64,000 bases of DNA from Sedimentisphaerales bacterium. Its GTDB lineage: Bacteria; Planctomycetota; Phycisphaerae; Sedimentisphaerales; SM23-30. The notes under the pieces were generated by a model, which was not told the origin of the DNA, searched no databases, and saw only the letters and a list, made by a program, of their open reading frames with translations. The DNA lies in NCBI GenBank assembly GCA_963663805.2, contig CAXXMR010000009.1, positions 64,001 through 128,000 of the forward strand, read 5' to 3'. The position numbers were made by a program, and so were the translations under genes. Numbering within the stretch: position 1 is the stretch's first letter; every line of letters begins with the position of its first letter. Positions 21,073-30,779 of the stretch are shown here, piece by piece.

Positions 21073-22674
21073 ATGCGAAATCTGAATATGGTTATACTGT
21101 TGGTTTTGTTAATAGCATTAGCATCTTACGCGCAGGAGAGGCCGCGGGCGGATTTTCAGGTATTGAACAGCAATGATTTTACGCATATCACCAGTTGCAA
21201 AAGCCCTTACAATCCGCAGGGGGGTGGTTTTCAGGAGTCTATGCTGGCAGAAAGTGTCAGGGAGTTTTTCGGTGTGGGGGTTGATGTTCATATGCTCCAG
21301 CCAGCCCACTCGTGGGTACCGTGGTGGCAGAGCAAAATTTACCCGATGGCGGAACACCTCAGGTGGTGGGAAAGCTATTTTGGGGTCAAGCCCGATAAAA
21401 TGTCGGTGCATAACTATATTCTGGCTGGTGGTGACCCACTAAAAGTGTTTGTCGAACAATGCCGCAAGACCAATCAGCAGGCTTTTATTTCGTTTCGTAT
21501 GAACGATATTCATCATCTTGCCAAAGTGGTGGAAAAAGGCAACTCTAAATGTCCGCACGCGATTTGCAGGTTTTACGCTGAGCATCCCGAATATCGGCTG
21601 GGCGAAGACAAGGACCATTGGATAAGCTGGTTCAAATGGCTGCAAAACTGGACGATTCCGGAAGTGCGTGATTATAAATTCAGGTTAATTGAGGAAATAT
21701 GTCTGAACTATGACATTGACGGCTTTGAGTTGGATTTTATGCGGGCACCGGGGCTTTTCATTCAGTCGCAAACTACCTCGGAACAGCGTCAAAAGATAAT
21801 AACGGATTTTGTACGGCAGGTTCGCGAAGCTCTTGATAAAGGTGCCCGGCCGGGCCAGTATCGCTGGCTAAGTGTGCGTATGCCTAACCATTCGGACAAA
21901 TTTGACGCGATAGGCTTTGATTTGCCGGAGTTGCATAAGGCCGGTGTGGATATGTTTGTCTTGTCGGGTTCGTATTATATCCAGCAGCAAAACGGTCTGC
22001 GTGAAGTTGTCAAGATGGTGCCGCAGGCAGCGGTGTATAACGAAATCGATTATGTGACCAGAAATTATATTGTCTGGAAAAACGGTGTTCGCACGGATTA
22101 TTACCGCTATGCCACCAAAGAACAACTCTGGACTACGGCATATCTGACCTACAAACAAGGAGGGGCGGGAGTTTACGCGTTTAATTTTGTATATTATCGT
22201 TTTCTCGGTGTAGAACCACCGTTCGAGATATTCAAAGAATTAAGTGATCCGGAGATTCTGGCCAACCTGCCGCAGCATTATGTTTATACCGATGGGTGGC
22301 AGCCCGGAGCTCAGATTCTACTACCCAAAACATTGGGAACACGGTCGCCTTTTAAGATTGATTTGTTTATGGCTCAGCCGCGTGGTGGATGGAAGTCGCC
22401 GGGCAAATTGCGAATTCAGACTCAAAGCGGTGATTTTGAACAAACCAAAGTCAAGGTGCTTATCAACGATATGGAGCTGGTTCCGACAGAAGATATTTCG
22501 GAATATTATCCCAACCCGTATGAAATTCAGGGGCCTCTGGCACATACGGCGGATAACACCTTTGCTTATATTGTGCCGACGGAGATATTGCTTGAGGGAG
22601 ATAACAAGGTCGTATTTAAGATGCTAAGAGGCAAGGATGTGAAAATCGGGTATATTGATCTGGCGATTAAATAG
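21073..22674 (+). CDS. Secreted glycosyl hydrolase-like (GHL10/DUF187-like TIM barrel) protein
   Basis: RBS GGAG; signal peptide; SFRMND and YDIDGFELDFMR motifs; C-terminal beta domain. Confidence 0.7.
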   Translation: MRNLNMVILLVLLIALASYAQERPRADFQVLNSNDFTHITSCKSPYNPQGGGFQESMLAESVREFFGVGVDVHMLQPAHSWVPWWQSKIYPMAEHLRWWESYFGVKPDKMSVHNYILAGGDPLKVFVEQCRKTNQQAFISFRMNDIHHLAKVVEKGNSKCPHAICRFYAEHPEYRLGEDKDHWISWFKWLQNWTIPEVRDYKFRLIEEICLNYDIDGFELDFMRAPGLFIQSQTTSEQRQKIITDFVRQVREALDKGARPGQYRWLSVRMPNHSDKFDAIGFDLPELHKAGVDMFVLSGSYYIQQQNGLREVVKMVPQAAVYNEIDYVTRNYIVWKNGVRTDYYRYATKEQLWTTAYLTYKQGGAGVYAFNFVYYRFLGVEPPFEIFKELSDPEILANLPQHYVYTDGWQPGAQILLPKTLGTRSPFKIDLFMAQPRGGWKSPGKLRIQTQSGDFEQTKVKVLINDMELVPTEDISEYYPNPYEIQGPLAHTADNTFAYIVPTEILLEGDNKVVFKMLRGKDVKIGYIDLAIK

Positions 22675-22712
22675 TTTGATGATTCGGATACTGTGACAAA
22701 GAGGTAATTACG

Positions 22713-24356
22713 ATGGTTTCAAGTAAAATTTGTTTAGCTTTGGCGGTGATGGTTGTTTTGATCGGCATGACAAATGCAGCCGACGACGCGGTTCGTGAGG
22801 TGCCTTTTAAGGTGCTGTATAATCATGACGGAACGTATATGCTCACTTGCACTCATCCCTGGCGTGGTGCGAATGAACCGTTCATTGAACAGATTTTGAT
22901 TGACTCCGTAAAAGAATTGGCCGGTGTCGGCATTGATGCGGTGGCCTTCAATCCCGGCAATGGTTCGATCCCCTGGTGGCAGAGCGATGTCTATCCAGAC
23001 CATTGGCAATGGTACACTCAGCGTACCGGCAGAAAACCCAGCTCCTGGGGGCAATATGTAATGGACGGCGGAGACATGGTAAAGGTTTTTGTCGATACCT
23101 GTCATCAGAATGAGATGCTTGCTTTCATTACCTTACGACTGAAAGATGAGCACGGTATCACCAAACTGGATAATGAATGGGTTTCAAAATTCTTTTACGA
23201 GCATCAGCGCTGGCGACTTGACCCCAGCCCGGAAGCACCTTTTGGAGTGCGGGGACTGAACTGGATTTTTCCGGAAGTGCCGCAGGAGCGTTTGCGGATA
23301 ATTGAGGAATTGGCCGGCAAATATGATATTGACGGCTTTGAGCTGGATTTCATGCGTTTCCCGCCTTTTTTTCTGATTGATCAGACCGGTTATGCCCAGA
23401 GACGTGATGTAATGAACAGTTTTATTCGCCGAACACGGGAAATTCTGGACCAAACCAGTAAACCAGACCAACGCCGTTATTTGAGTATCCGTGTGCCCAA
23501 CCGTTTTCAGGAATATAAAAATCTGGGAATCGACCTGGGCTATCTGGATAGTACCGGCTGGGTGGATATAATCAATATGTCGCCTTCTTATGTTTCTCAG
23601 GTGGAAAGCGATATCGATATGCTGCGGGCCTGGGCACCTCATACCGCGATTTTTTACGAAATGACCCATTGTTCCGCCCGCGGTAAAGATCCCACCTGGG
23701 GGCGTCCGGTGGGCCATGGTGATGGTTATCCCGCGCGATTCACCACGGTCCAGAAATATTATACGATGGCTAATCTGGCCTATCAGCGTGGGGCGGATGG
23801 AATGAGTCTGTTCAACTTTATCTACACCCGGCCGGGTAAAGATGGCGGACAGCTTCACGGGGGCAAATATACGCCGGGCGACCCACCGTTTGGTATGATT
23901 AAAAATTTACATAAAAAAGAATGGCTTGTTGAACAGGCCCAGAATTACTGGATTCCTCACTGGTGGGAAACCGGCTACAATGGCAGGCAGTTTCAATTGC
24001 CGCAAAGTTTTGTAGTTAATACCGAGCACGTCGTGAAGCTGGACTTGGCTTTACCAAAACAGGGAGTTGCTTCGGCCCGTCTGCGGCTGGAACATACCGA
24101 TACCGCTCTGGGACTAAAGTGGAAAGCCTGGATTAACGGCGCTGAATTACTGCCCTGTGAGGAAGTCGCTGAGCCGTTTGAGGATGTTTATGGCGGTTTT
24201 CTGGGATTACCCGAACACTATGCTGCCTGGGATTGCCCGCCAGACATTCTGAAAAATGGCTATAATCAGATTAAGTTCAAACTGTGTGAAGGACCGGTCA
24301 GCGAAGAATTTTCTACGGAGATAATTTATGTTGACCTGGCAGTTTGGCCGCGATAA
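22713..24356 (+). CDS. Secreted GHL10-like protein, paralog of the upstream gene
   Basis: Signal peptide; PWWQS, YDIDGFELDFMR and GADGMSLFNF motifs. Confidence 0.7.
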   Translation: MVSSKICLALAVMVVLIGMTNAADDAVREVPFKVLYNHDGTYMLTCTHPWRGANEPFIEQILIDSVKELAGVGIDAVAFNPGNGSIPWWQSDVYPDHWQWYTQRTGRKPSSWGQYVMDGGDMVKVFVDTCHQNEMLAFITLRLKDEHGITKLDNEWVSKFFYEHQRWRLDPSPEAPFGVRGLNWIFPEVPQERLRIIEELAGKYDIDGFELDFMRFPPFFLIDQTGYAQRRDVMNSFIRRTREILDQTSKPDQRRYLSIRVPNRFQEYKNLGIDLGYLDSTGWVDIINMSPSYVSQVESDIDMLRAWAPHTAIFYEMTHCSARGKDPTWGRPVGHGDGYPARFTTVQKYYTMANLAYQRGADGMSLFNFIYTRPGKDGGQLHGGKYTPGDPPFGMIKNLHKKEWLVEQAQNYWIPHWWETGYNGRQFQLPQSFVVNTEHVVKLDLALPKQGVASARLRLEHTDTALGLKWKAWINGAELLPCEEVAEPFEDVYGGFLGLPEHYAAWDCPPDILKNGYNQIKFKLCEGPVSEEFSTEIIYVDLAVWPR

Positions 24357-24416
24357 CGTGCGAACGAGTAACGGACAAACAGTATCAGTATGCGGCCAAG
24401 TGTCATTGAGGATTAT

Positions 24417-25526
24417 ATGAATTCACGAGAAAGACTTCTGACGGCGTTAAATAACCAAAAACCAGACCGGCTGCCCTGTCAGGTGCATAGCTGGATGCCT
24501 TATTATCTGAAGAATTACCTGGACGGTATTGACCAGTGGGAGGCGTATGAGAGGTTCGGGTTTGATTTTGTAATATACAATGGTATAAGACATATTTTCG
24601 ACCCGGCGGTCGAGGCGAACTGGCAGCAGGAGAAGGTGGCTGAACATGTTGATTCTTCCGGTGTGCAACATACGGAATATGTAATCAAAACTCCCGTTGG
24701 TAAACTTCAGCTCAGGCAGGGCGCAAATGAATATACTATATTTGATACGGAACATCTCATTAAGGGCAAGGATGATTTCGAGATTTTCGCTAAATACTGG
24801 CCTGTGCCAAGTGAGATAGATTATTCGAATATTATCGCTGATAAAGAGCGGCTGGGCGATAAGGGGATAATGCGAACTTACGGTATCAATTATTTCTATG
24901 GTCAGATCAGCCCGTGGCAGAGTTTGTGTTATCTGATGGGGACCGAGCAGGCGATTATGGCAGCGATGGATGATTCGGGCTGGCTTCATTATGCTTTGGA
25001 GGTGCTGTTGGATAAGGCCCTGAAGGTAATTACGATAAGTAAAGGCTGTCCGGTTGATTTAATCGAAATCGGTGGCGGAGCGGCATCAAATACGGTTATC
25101 AGCCCCGCGATGTTTGAGGAGTTCTGCCTGCCCTACGATAAAAAGCAGATAGAGGCCATACATGGTATCGGCGGCAAGGTTGTATACCATCTTTGCGGCG
25201 GATTGATGAAGATGGGTGATATGGTAATCGAAAGCGGCGCTGACGCTCTGGAGACCATGACACCAATATCGATGGGCGGTGATTGCGACTTGGCTTTGGC
25301 CTCGCAGAAGTGGGGTTCGAAATTGTGCTTCATTGGTGGGTTCGATCAGAACGTCGGATTCGAGAACGGCACACCCGACGACGCCCGCCGGATTGTACGG
25401 GAATGTTTCGAGGCGACAGAGGACCACGGCGGGTATATCATCTCACCCAGCGATCATTTTTTCCACGGCGACCCGGCAAATCTCCAGGCGTTTGTGAATG
25501 AAGCGAAGAATTGTGTGTATGGGTAA
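24417..25526 (+). CDS. Uroporphyrinogen decarboxylase / MtaA-CmuA methyltransferase family protein
   Basis: MNSRERLL..KPDRLP, ISPAMFEEFCLPY, H-x-C motif (YHLCG) and GGYIISPS. Confidence 0.8.
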   Translation: MNSRERLLTALNNQKPDRLPCQVHSWMPYYLKNYLDGIDQWEAYERFGFDFVIYNGIRHIFDPAVEANWQQEKVAEHVDSSGVQHTEYVIKTPVGKLQLRQGANEYTIFDTEHLIKGKDDFEIFAKYWPVPSEIDYSNIIADKERLGDKGIMRTYGINYFYGQISPWQSLCYLMGTEQAIMAAMDDSGWLHYALEVLLDKALKVITISKGCPVDLIEIGGGAASNTVISPAMFEEFCLPYDKKQIEAIHGIGGKVVYHLCGGLMKMGDMVIESGADALETMTPISMGGDCDLALASQKWGSKLCFIGGFDQNVGFENGTPDDARRIVRECFEATEDHGGYIISPSDHFFHGDPANLQAFVNEAKNCVYG

Positions 25527-25707
25527 TAAAGTAAACGGAGGAGGCGAGATTAACTCTGCGGCGTTTTTAGCGTCAAAACAGCTTCCTCCGAAACATCTTA
25601 CTTTGGAATTGCGTAACATTTTAGCCAAGTGAAGCAAATTCTATAGCTTTTGGGTTGGCTTGTGCAAAAAAAAGACAAAAAAACTTCAAAATGTTAAGAT
25701 GGGTAAT

Positions 25708-25736
25708 TTGCGCTATTGCGTGTAATGGTTTATAGT
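25708..25736 (+). promoter_or_regulatory. Putative sigma70 promoter of the IS66 transposase
   Basis: TTGCGC-17 bp-TATAGT; the ATG lies 6 nt after the -10 box. Confidence 0.6.
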
Positions 25737-25742
25737 TTCAGC

Positions 25743-27194
25743 ATGATGAAGCCGAATGCTGAACAGGCTATCGCCGACCTGGCCTTAGAGCAGGAATTGA
25801 CTGCGGAGCAGGCTGAGCTTATTTACGAGCAAGGCAGAGAGGCGGTGGTTTTTGTTTTGCTGAGACTGTCGAAACTGGCAGCGGAAAAAACACAAGGTAC
25901 GTTAGTTGCCGGCAGTCCGGCTGATCCTTCGTGTCCCTCAGGTCAGAAGCCGGTTTTTGTCAAGCCGAACAAAACAGATAAAAAACGCGGCAAAAAGTTT
26001 GGCCGTAAAAAAGGGCATCAAGGTACTCGCCGCAATCTGCCGACCCAAATAGACCGTACCGAAGAACATCGCGCTTCATGTTGTCCGGACTGCGGCGGCG
26101 AACTGAAAAAATGTTCCGGCACACGTGAACGAATCATCGAAGACATCCCGGAAGATGTTCGCGTTGAGACGGTAAAGCATGTTATTCATCGCGACTGGTG
26201 TCCGAACTGTCGCAAGGCGGTTGAGCCGATCGTAACCGATGCTCTGCCAAAATCATCTATTGGCAATGGTATTGTGGTTTTGTGTGCCTGGCTCCACTTT
26301 GCGTTGGGCAATACGATAGCGCAGATCCTGGAGGTGTTTAATTTTCATCTCCGGTTTAAGATGTCGCCGGGCGGATTAGTCCAGATGTGGCATCGTTTAG
26401 CGGATATACTCCTGGCCTGGTACGAAGAAATAATCGAGGACATTCAAAAAGCCGGTGTCCTGCACGGCGATGAGACCGGCTGGCGGGTAAACGGTAAAAC
26501 GCATTGGTTATGGTGCTTTACCAGCCATCAAGCCACGATTTTTACGGTCGAGCAGTCGCGGGCCGGGCCGGTGGTTTTGGAATTTATCAAAGAATGTTTC
26601 AACGGCGTGTTCGTAAGTGACTTCTGGTATGCTTACAATGTATTGTCATGCGCCAAACAAAAGTGCCTGGTTCACTTACTGCGTGATTTGGAGCGAGTCT
26701 GGAAAGCCAAAGACCACAGCGGCGATTGGCCGAGGTTCTCCAAAAAACTCAAACGATTAATTCGCGACGCGATACGCCTGCGTAAACGCATCGATGAACT
26801 GGATGCGACGGTTTACCAGCGGCGCTGCCAACGAATCGAAAAACGCTTGGATCTTATTATCGCGCATGAGTGGTCGAACAAGGAAGCTCAGCGGTTGATT
26901 AAGCGTTTGAAACGCCATCATGATGAGCTGTTCACTTTTCTGAGCAATCGCGAGGTGCCGTTCGATAATAATTTTGGCGAACGCAGCATTCGCGGCGCGG
27001 TGATCATGCGAAAGAACAGCTATAACAACCGCAGCGACCGTGGAGCCCGAACGCAATCGGTGCTGATGAGCGTGTTTTTTACCCTGAAACAACGCGGCCT
27101 AAACCCGGTTGCTACCATCAAAAAAGCCCTGCGAACATACATCAAAACCGGCAAATTGCCAAAACTCGCGGAGTTCTCTGCTTCACTTGGCTAA
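25743..27194 (+). CDS. IS66-family transposase
   Basis: Zinc finger CPDCG..CPNC, HGDETGW, SDFWYAY, QKCLVHLLR and DNNFGERSIR. Confidence 0.95.
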   Translation: MMKPNAEQAIADLALEQELTAEQAELIYEQGREAVVFVLLRLSKLAAEKTQGTLVAGSPADPSCPSGQKPVFVKPNKTDKKRGKKFGRKKGHQGTRRNLPTQIDRTEEHRASCCPDCGGELKKCSGTRERIIEDIPEDVRVETVKHVIHRDWCPNCRKAVEPIVTDALPKSSIGNGIVVLCAWLHFALGNTIAQILEVFNFHLRFKMSPGGLVQMWHRLADILLAWYEEIIEDIQKAGVLHGDETGWRVNGKTHWLWCFTSHQATIFTVEQSRAGPVVLEFIKECFNGVFVSDFWYAYNVLSCAKQKCLVHLLRDLERVWKAKDHSGDWPRFSKKLKRLIRDAIRLRKRIDELDATVYQRRCQRIEKRLDLIIAHEWSNKEAQRLIKRLKRHHDELFTFLSNREVPFDNNFGERSIRGAVIMRKNSYNNRSDRGARTQSVLMSVFFTLKQRGLNPVATIKKALRTYIKTGKLPKLAEFSASLG

Positions 27195-27209
27195 AGTGTT
27201 ACGGAATTG

Positions 27210-28949
27210 CTAAAAAGATTGAGGCCATTGGCCGTCCTGTAAGTCCCGGAGGATTAGTTTTTGGGGGTCTATTGAGGCCCATTTGATGCGTAGTCGTTTC
27301 CAGGTGTAGCTGACCTGTACGATTCCGTTTTGGTCCTGGATGACGGCGGGGTAGGAATATTCGCCGGGCTCATCTTCGAGTATTAGGGCGGCTTGCCAGT
27401 TTACACCATCTTTACTGACGGCGACGTTGAGGGGTGATCGCGGGCCGGACCAGCGTCCTTCGGGGATGGTGGTGTGGTTGTAGACGAGCAGGAAGCGGCC
27501 GTCTTGCAGGGTGACGGCATCGAGGCCGGAGTTATTGTTGGGCATATTGGAAAACGCCAGCGGCGACCAGCTCTGACCGTGGTCGCGGGAGAATGACTGG
27601 GCGATTTTATTTTCGCGGGTGCGGAACAGGGCTTGCAGGGACTGGTCCGGGTGAGTTAGGATTGTGGGCTGGATAACAAAGAAGAGATTGTCCGGGTTGG
27701 GGATATTAACTGTTTGCCAGGTATCGCCGAGGTCGGGGGTTATCTCCATTTTCTCGCCGCCGGAAGGACAGATTAAGGAGCCGTCGGGCAATTCGAGTGG
27801 TTTGTTCTTGCTGGGGCCATGGAGTCCGGGGTGGTAGTATTTAACTTTGGACCAGGTTTGGCCGTCATCGTCGGAGGTGAGCAGACGGCATTCCATTTCT
27901 TCGAGCCAGCCTTCCTTGTAGAAGCAGAGCAGCTTGCCGGATGAGTGTTTGAATAGTACGGGGTTGAAAAGGGTGATGTGGGCGACCTGATTGTACTGGG
28001 GGGAACGGACCAGGGCGCGGGGCTGGGACCATTTTTGGCCGTCGAAGGTTGAGAAATATATGGCGACGTCGGTGTGGCCTTCGTGGGTACCGCCGAACCA
28101 GGCGGCGGCGAGTTTGTTGTTGCCGAGGGAGACAATCGATGAGGAATGGCATTCGGGGGTAGGCGGGGTTTGGTAGATAAATTCACTACGGAGCAGGCCG
28201 GGCTGGTTGAGCAGGTGTTCGCCGGTGGCTTTGACGGGTTCGGGGTCGCATTTGCCGGAGATGTTGAGCAGTTCAGGGCGGTTGGTGGAGATGGCTAGAG
28301 ATTTGATCTGGCCGTCGAAGTATTGGCCGTAGTTTCCTTCAGCGCGATAGAGGCCGCCGATAGTTAGCGGGGCGTCGGAGTTGGTGAGGTTTGACACCTG
28401 TAGATTTCCGCCCCAGGCGATATAACCGTCGATATGTATCTGGCCGTTATAGTATTCGTAGCGGCTGTCCCAGGTGGCGGTGACTTTGTGCCATTTTCCG
28501 GGTTCGATGGTTTTGCGGGAAATAACTTTGCCGAGCTTGCCTTCACGGCTGCAAACGTAGAAGCCGATGCGGCCGCGTTTGTCCATGAAAAGCTGATAGC
28601 CCAGGTCTGATGAGCCTTCGGTTTTGCGGACGAGCTGGCATTGCTGGATAGTGTCAGTTTTGAATTCGATCTCGATGGTAAGTGATTTAAGGCCGTCGCC
28701 GTTGTTGTTGTGGCCGGTGAGGATGTTGTTGTCCGGGACAATGAGCATGTTATCTTTAAGAGTAAGGGAATCGGCAGTTTGTTCTTCCGGTGAGAGCAGA
28801 CTTGTGGCAAGGCCGTTGGTCTTGTCGAGCCAGACGCCGGGCTTTGGGGCGGGTTCGGTAAAGTTCCAGCGGGCGAGGTCACGGGCGAAAAGCTGATTGG
28901 TAAAAGTAATCAAAACTGACGCAATGATGATTATTGTTCTGGGTGACAT
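27210..28949 (-). CDS. Secreted sialidase-like (BNR/Asp-box beta-propeller) protein with N-terminal LamG-like domain
   Basis: Asp-boxes SDDDGQTWS, SRDHGQSWS and SKDGVNW; GPSKNKP, PNNNSG and EYSYP motifs; signal peptide. Confidence 0.85.
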   Translation of the reverse strand: MSPRTIIIIASVLITFTNQLFARDLARWNFTEPAPKPGVWLDKTNGLATSLLSPEEQTADSLTLKDNMLIVPDNNILTGHNNNGDGLKSLTIEIEFKTDTIQQCQLVRKTEGSSDLGYQLFMDKRGRIGFYVCSREGKLGKVISRKTIEPGKWHKVTATWDSRYEYYNGQIHIDGYIAWGGNLQVSNLTNSDAPLTIGGLYRAEGNYGQYFDGQIKSLAISTNRPELLNISGKCDPEPVKATGEHLLNQPGLLRSEFIYQTPPTPECHSSSIVSLGNNKLAAAWFGGTHEGHTDVAIYFSTFDGQKWSQPRALVRSPQYNQVAHITLFNPVLFKHSSGKLLCFYKEGWLEEMECRLLTSDDDGQTWSKVKYYHPGLHGPSKNKPLELPDGSLICPSGGEKMEITPDLGDTWQTVNIPNPDNLFFVIQPTILTHPDQSLQALFRTRENKIAQSFSRDHGQSWSPLAFSNMPNNNSGLDAVTLQDGRFLLVYNHTTIPEGRWSGPRSPLNVAVSKDGVNWQAALILEDEPGEYSYPAVIQDQNGIVQVSYTWKRLRIKWASIDPQKLILRDLQDGQWPQSF

Positions 28950-29028
28950 GGTATGGCCTTTCCAATGTAAAAAAAAGTGTAATACGCGGGGATATTCCGG
29001 GGAAGAAAATATTATCAGGTAAAAATAA

Positions 29029-29062
29029 GTGCCCCCTTCGCGAGTTATTACGAAGGGGGCAC
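29029..29062 (-). terminator. Intrinsic terminator
   Basis: GTGCCCCCTTCG/CGAAGGGGGCAC stem followed on the minus strand by TTATTTTT. Confidence 0.75.
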
Positions 29063-29081
29063 GGGTTTTCAATCGGGCAAA

Positions 29082-30719
29082 TTAGAGGGGGAACCAGCCG
29101 TTTAGGAGCCACTGGTCTGACATTTCGGCGAAGTCGTCGAGGTCCACTACGCAATCGTTGGTGAGGTCGGCGGCGGGCTGAGTGATGCAGCGGGTGGGGT
29201 AGAGATTTACATTGTCGATGTAAATCGTACCGGTTCCGTTGGCGGCGGGGCTGTCGGGGTCGCCTACGCCGATGGTCATGGTGTCGATGCTGTCCATGTC
29301 GATGCCGGTGAATTCGGCGAGGTCGATGTTCCATACAGTCCAGTCTTCGATCTGGGTGATGTAGGGGATGTCGCAAACAACCGTGGCGGTGGCGGTGCCA
29401 TCGCTGAGGGTTACATATACCGGTTCATCGGAGTTGGCGGTGCCGCCGTAAACCCACACGCTCATGGCTTCGCCGTTGGTGCAGGTGATTTGGCCGTCGT
29501 AGGGGAACGAGGCTGAAACAGCACTGCTGAGGTAGGGCGATGAGGTATTGTCATAGCTGAGGGCCATTGCGTAACCGCCGCGGGCCGGGTCGGTACTGAC
29601 GGCGATTGAGCCGTTTTCGGCTGCGAACCATTCGGCTTCGAGAGCAGGCTGGTCGGTATATGAGAACCAGAAAACCTGTACATAATCACGAGTTGTGAAG
29701 CTCCAGGTGTCTCCGGTAATGGTTCCGCCGTTCAGCTCGTCAACTCTCCAGTAGTAGGTGGTTTCGAAGTCGAGGCTGGTAAAGCTGTATTCGGGGGTTG
29801 TCAGGCCGGCTTGGGCGAGAGCGAGGTTTTCGGGGTCGGTGCCCATATAGATGTCCCAGGTGTTGGCGGGATTGCCGGGAATCCAGCTTGCTTCGACTAT
29901 AGTGTAGGTTGTAGCCGCGTCGGCGGGCGAGGGAGTGTTGGGTTTGGCGAGGGTGCTGTTGTTGGGTGAGAGTACCCAGGTCCAGGTGCCGTCATAGGTG
30001 ACGAATGGAGTTGTGCTGCCGTTGTCGGTGATTATCATGCCTTCGGTAAAGAGCGGGTCGAGAAGGCTGGTTTCGACATCGCCTTTGACTTTGAGGGCGG
30101 CATCTTCGGTAATGTTGATAATGCCATTGGTTCCGGTAGTCATGGCCAGGCTGTTCAATTCCATTACGCCGTTGCCGGAAATGTTGATGCGGGCGACTTC
30201 GCCGAGGATCGTTGAGGAAGCGGGGAAGACAAAACCGGTTGAGGTGCCGGTGATGTACATTCGGGCATTGTCGGTGATGAAAATGTTAATCAGCGCATTG
30301 TTACGATAGGCAAGTTGAAGCGTGCCGGCCTGGAAATAGGCGTCGCCGGAAAGGTCCATTACGGCACCTTGATTAGGGTCGGCGGCGGTGGTGCTGAAAT
30401 ATCCGACTTGGAAGTAGCCCGAGCAGGTTACTGAGCCGCCGGTCATTTCCAGAGTTGTGGTGGTGTTGTCGAGGCCGCCGGGGACGGAAGTACCGTCGAT
30501 CATGATGGCTCTATTGATGTAGATATCATCGCCGGAGACTACCTGAATGATTTCATGGTCTCCCTGGAGCTTGTGCTGTTCAGTGGTGTCGGGCTGGGAG
30601 CCGCTCCAGTTGTCGGGATTGGTCCAGAGGTCGTCACTGCCTGCTCCCGTCCAAAAGTTAGCGGCCAGTGCCGGGGCGGCCATTAACATAACAGCCATCA
30701 GAATCATCATCTTTTTCAT
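29082..30719 (-). CDS. Secreted multidomain protein (beta-rich N-terminus, FN3-like, carbohydrate-binding-like, dockerin-like tail)
   Basis: Signal peptide; TYYWRVDE...TWSFTT; C-terminal ADLTNDCVVDLDDFAEMSDQWL. Confidence 0.75.
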   Translation of the reverse strand: MKKMMILMAVMLMAAPALAANFWTGAGSDDLWTNPDNWSGSQPDTTEQHKLQGDHEIIQVVSGDDIYINRAIMIDGTSVPGGLDNTTTTLEMTGGSVTCSGYFQVGYFSTTAADPNQGAVMDLSGDAYFQAGTLQLAYRNNALINIFITDNARMYITGTSTGFVFPASSTILGEVARINISGNGVMELNSLAMTTGTNGIINITEDAALKVKGDVETSLLDPLFTEGMIITDNGSTTPFVTYDGTWTWVLSPNNSTLAKPNTPSPADAATTYTIVEASWIPGNPANTWDIYMGTDPENLALAQAGLTTPEYSFTSLDFETTYYWRVDELNGGTITGDTWSFTTRDYVQVFWFSYTDQPALEAEWFAAENGSIAVSTDPARGGYAMALSYDNTSSPYLSSAVSASFPYDGQITCTNGEAMSVWVYGGTANSDEPVYVTLSDGTATATVVCDIPYITQIEDWTVWNIDLAEFTGIDMDSIDTMTIGVGDPDSPAANGTGTIYIDNVNLYPTRCITQPAADLTNDCVVDLDDFAEMSDQWLLNGWFPL

Positions 30720-30779
30720 AATTTTTCTCCTTAAAAAAAGTTCCATTGTTTATTGAGTAACTTAGCTAAATTACATGTA

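Larger units (their letters stand above)
25613..27202 (+). mobile_element. IS66-family element, single-ORF (ISBst12-like) type, 1590 bp, 8-bp TSD GGAATTGC
   Basis: GTAA...TTAC termini with ~24-bp IRs; GGAATTGC duplicated at 25605-25612 and 27203-27210. Confidence 0.96.

Noticed and set aside
134..27202. Composite transposon bounded by the two IS66 copies
   Set aside because: The second copy has its own TSD on both sides, and the interval includes core genes; these are independent insertions.
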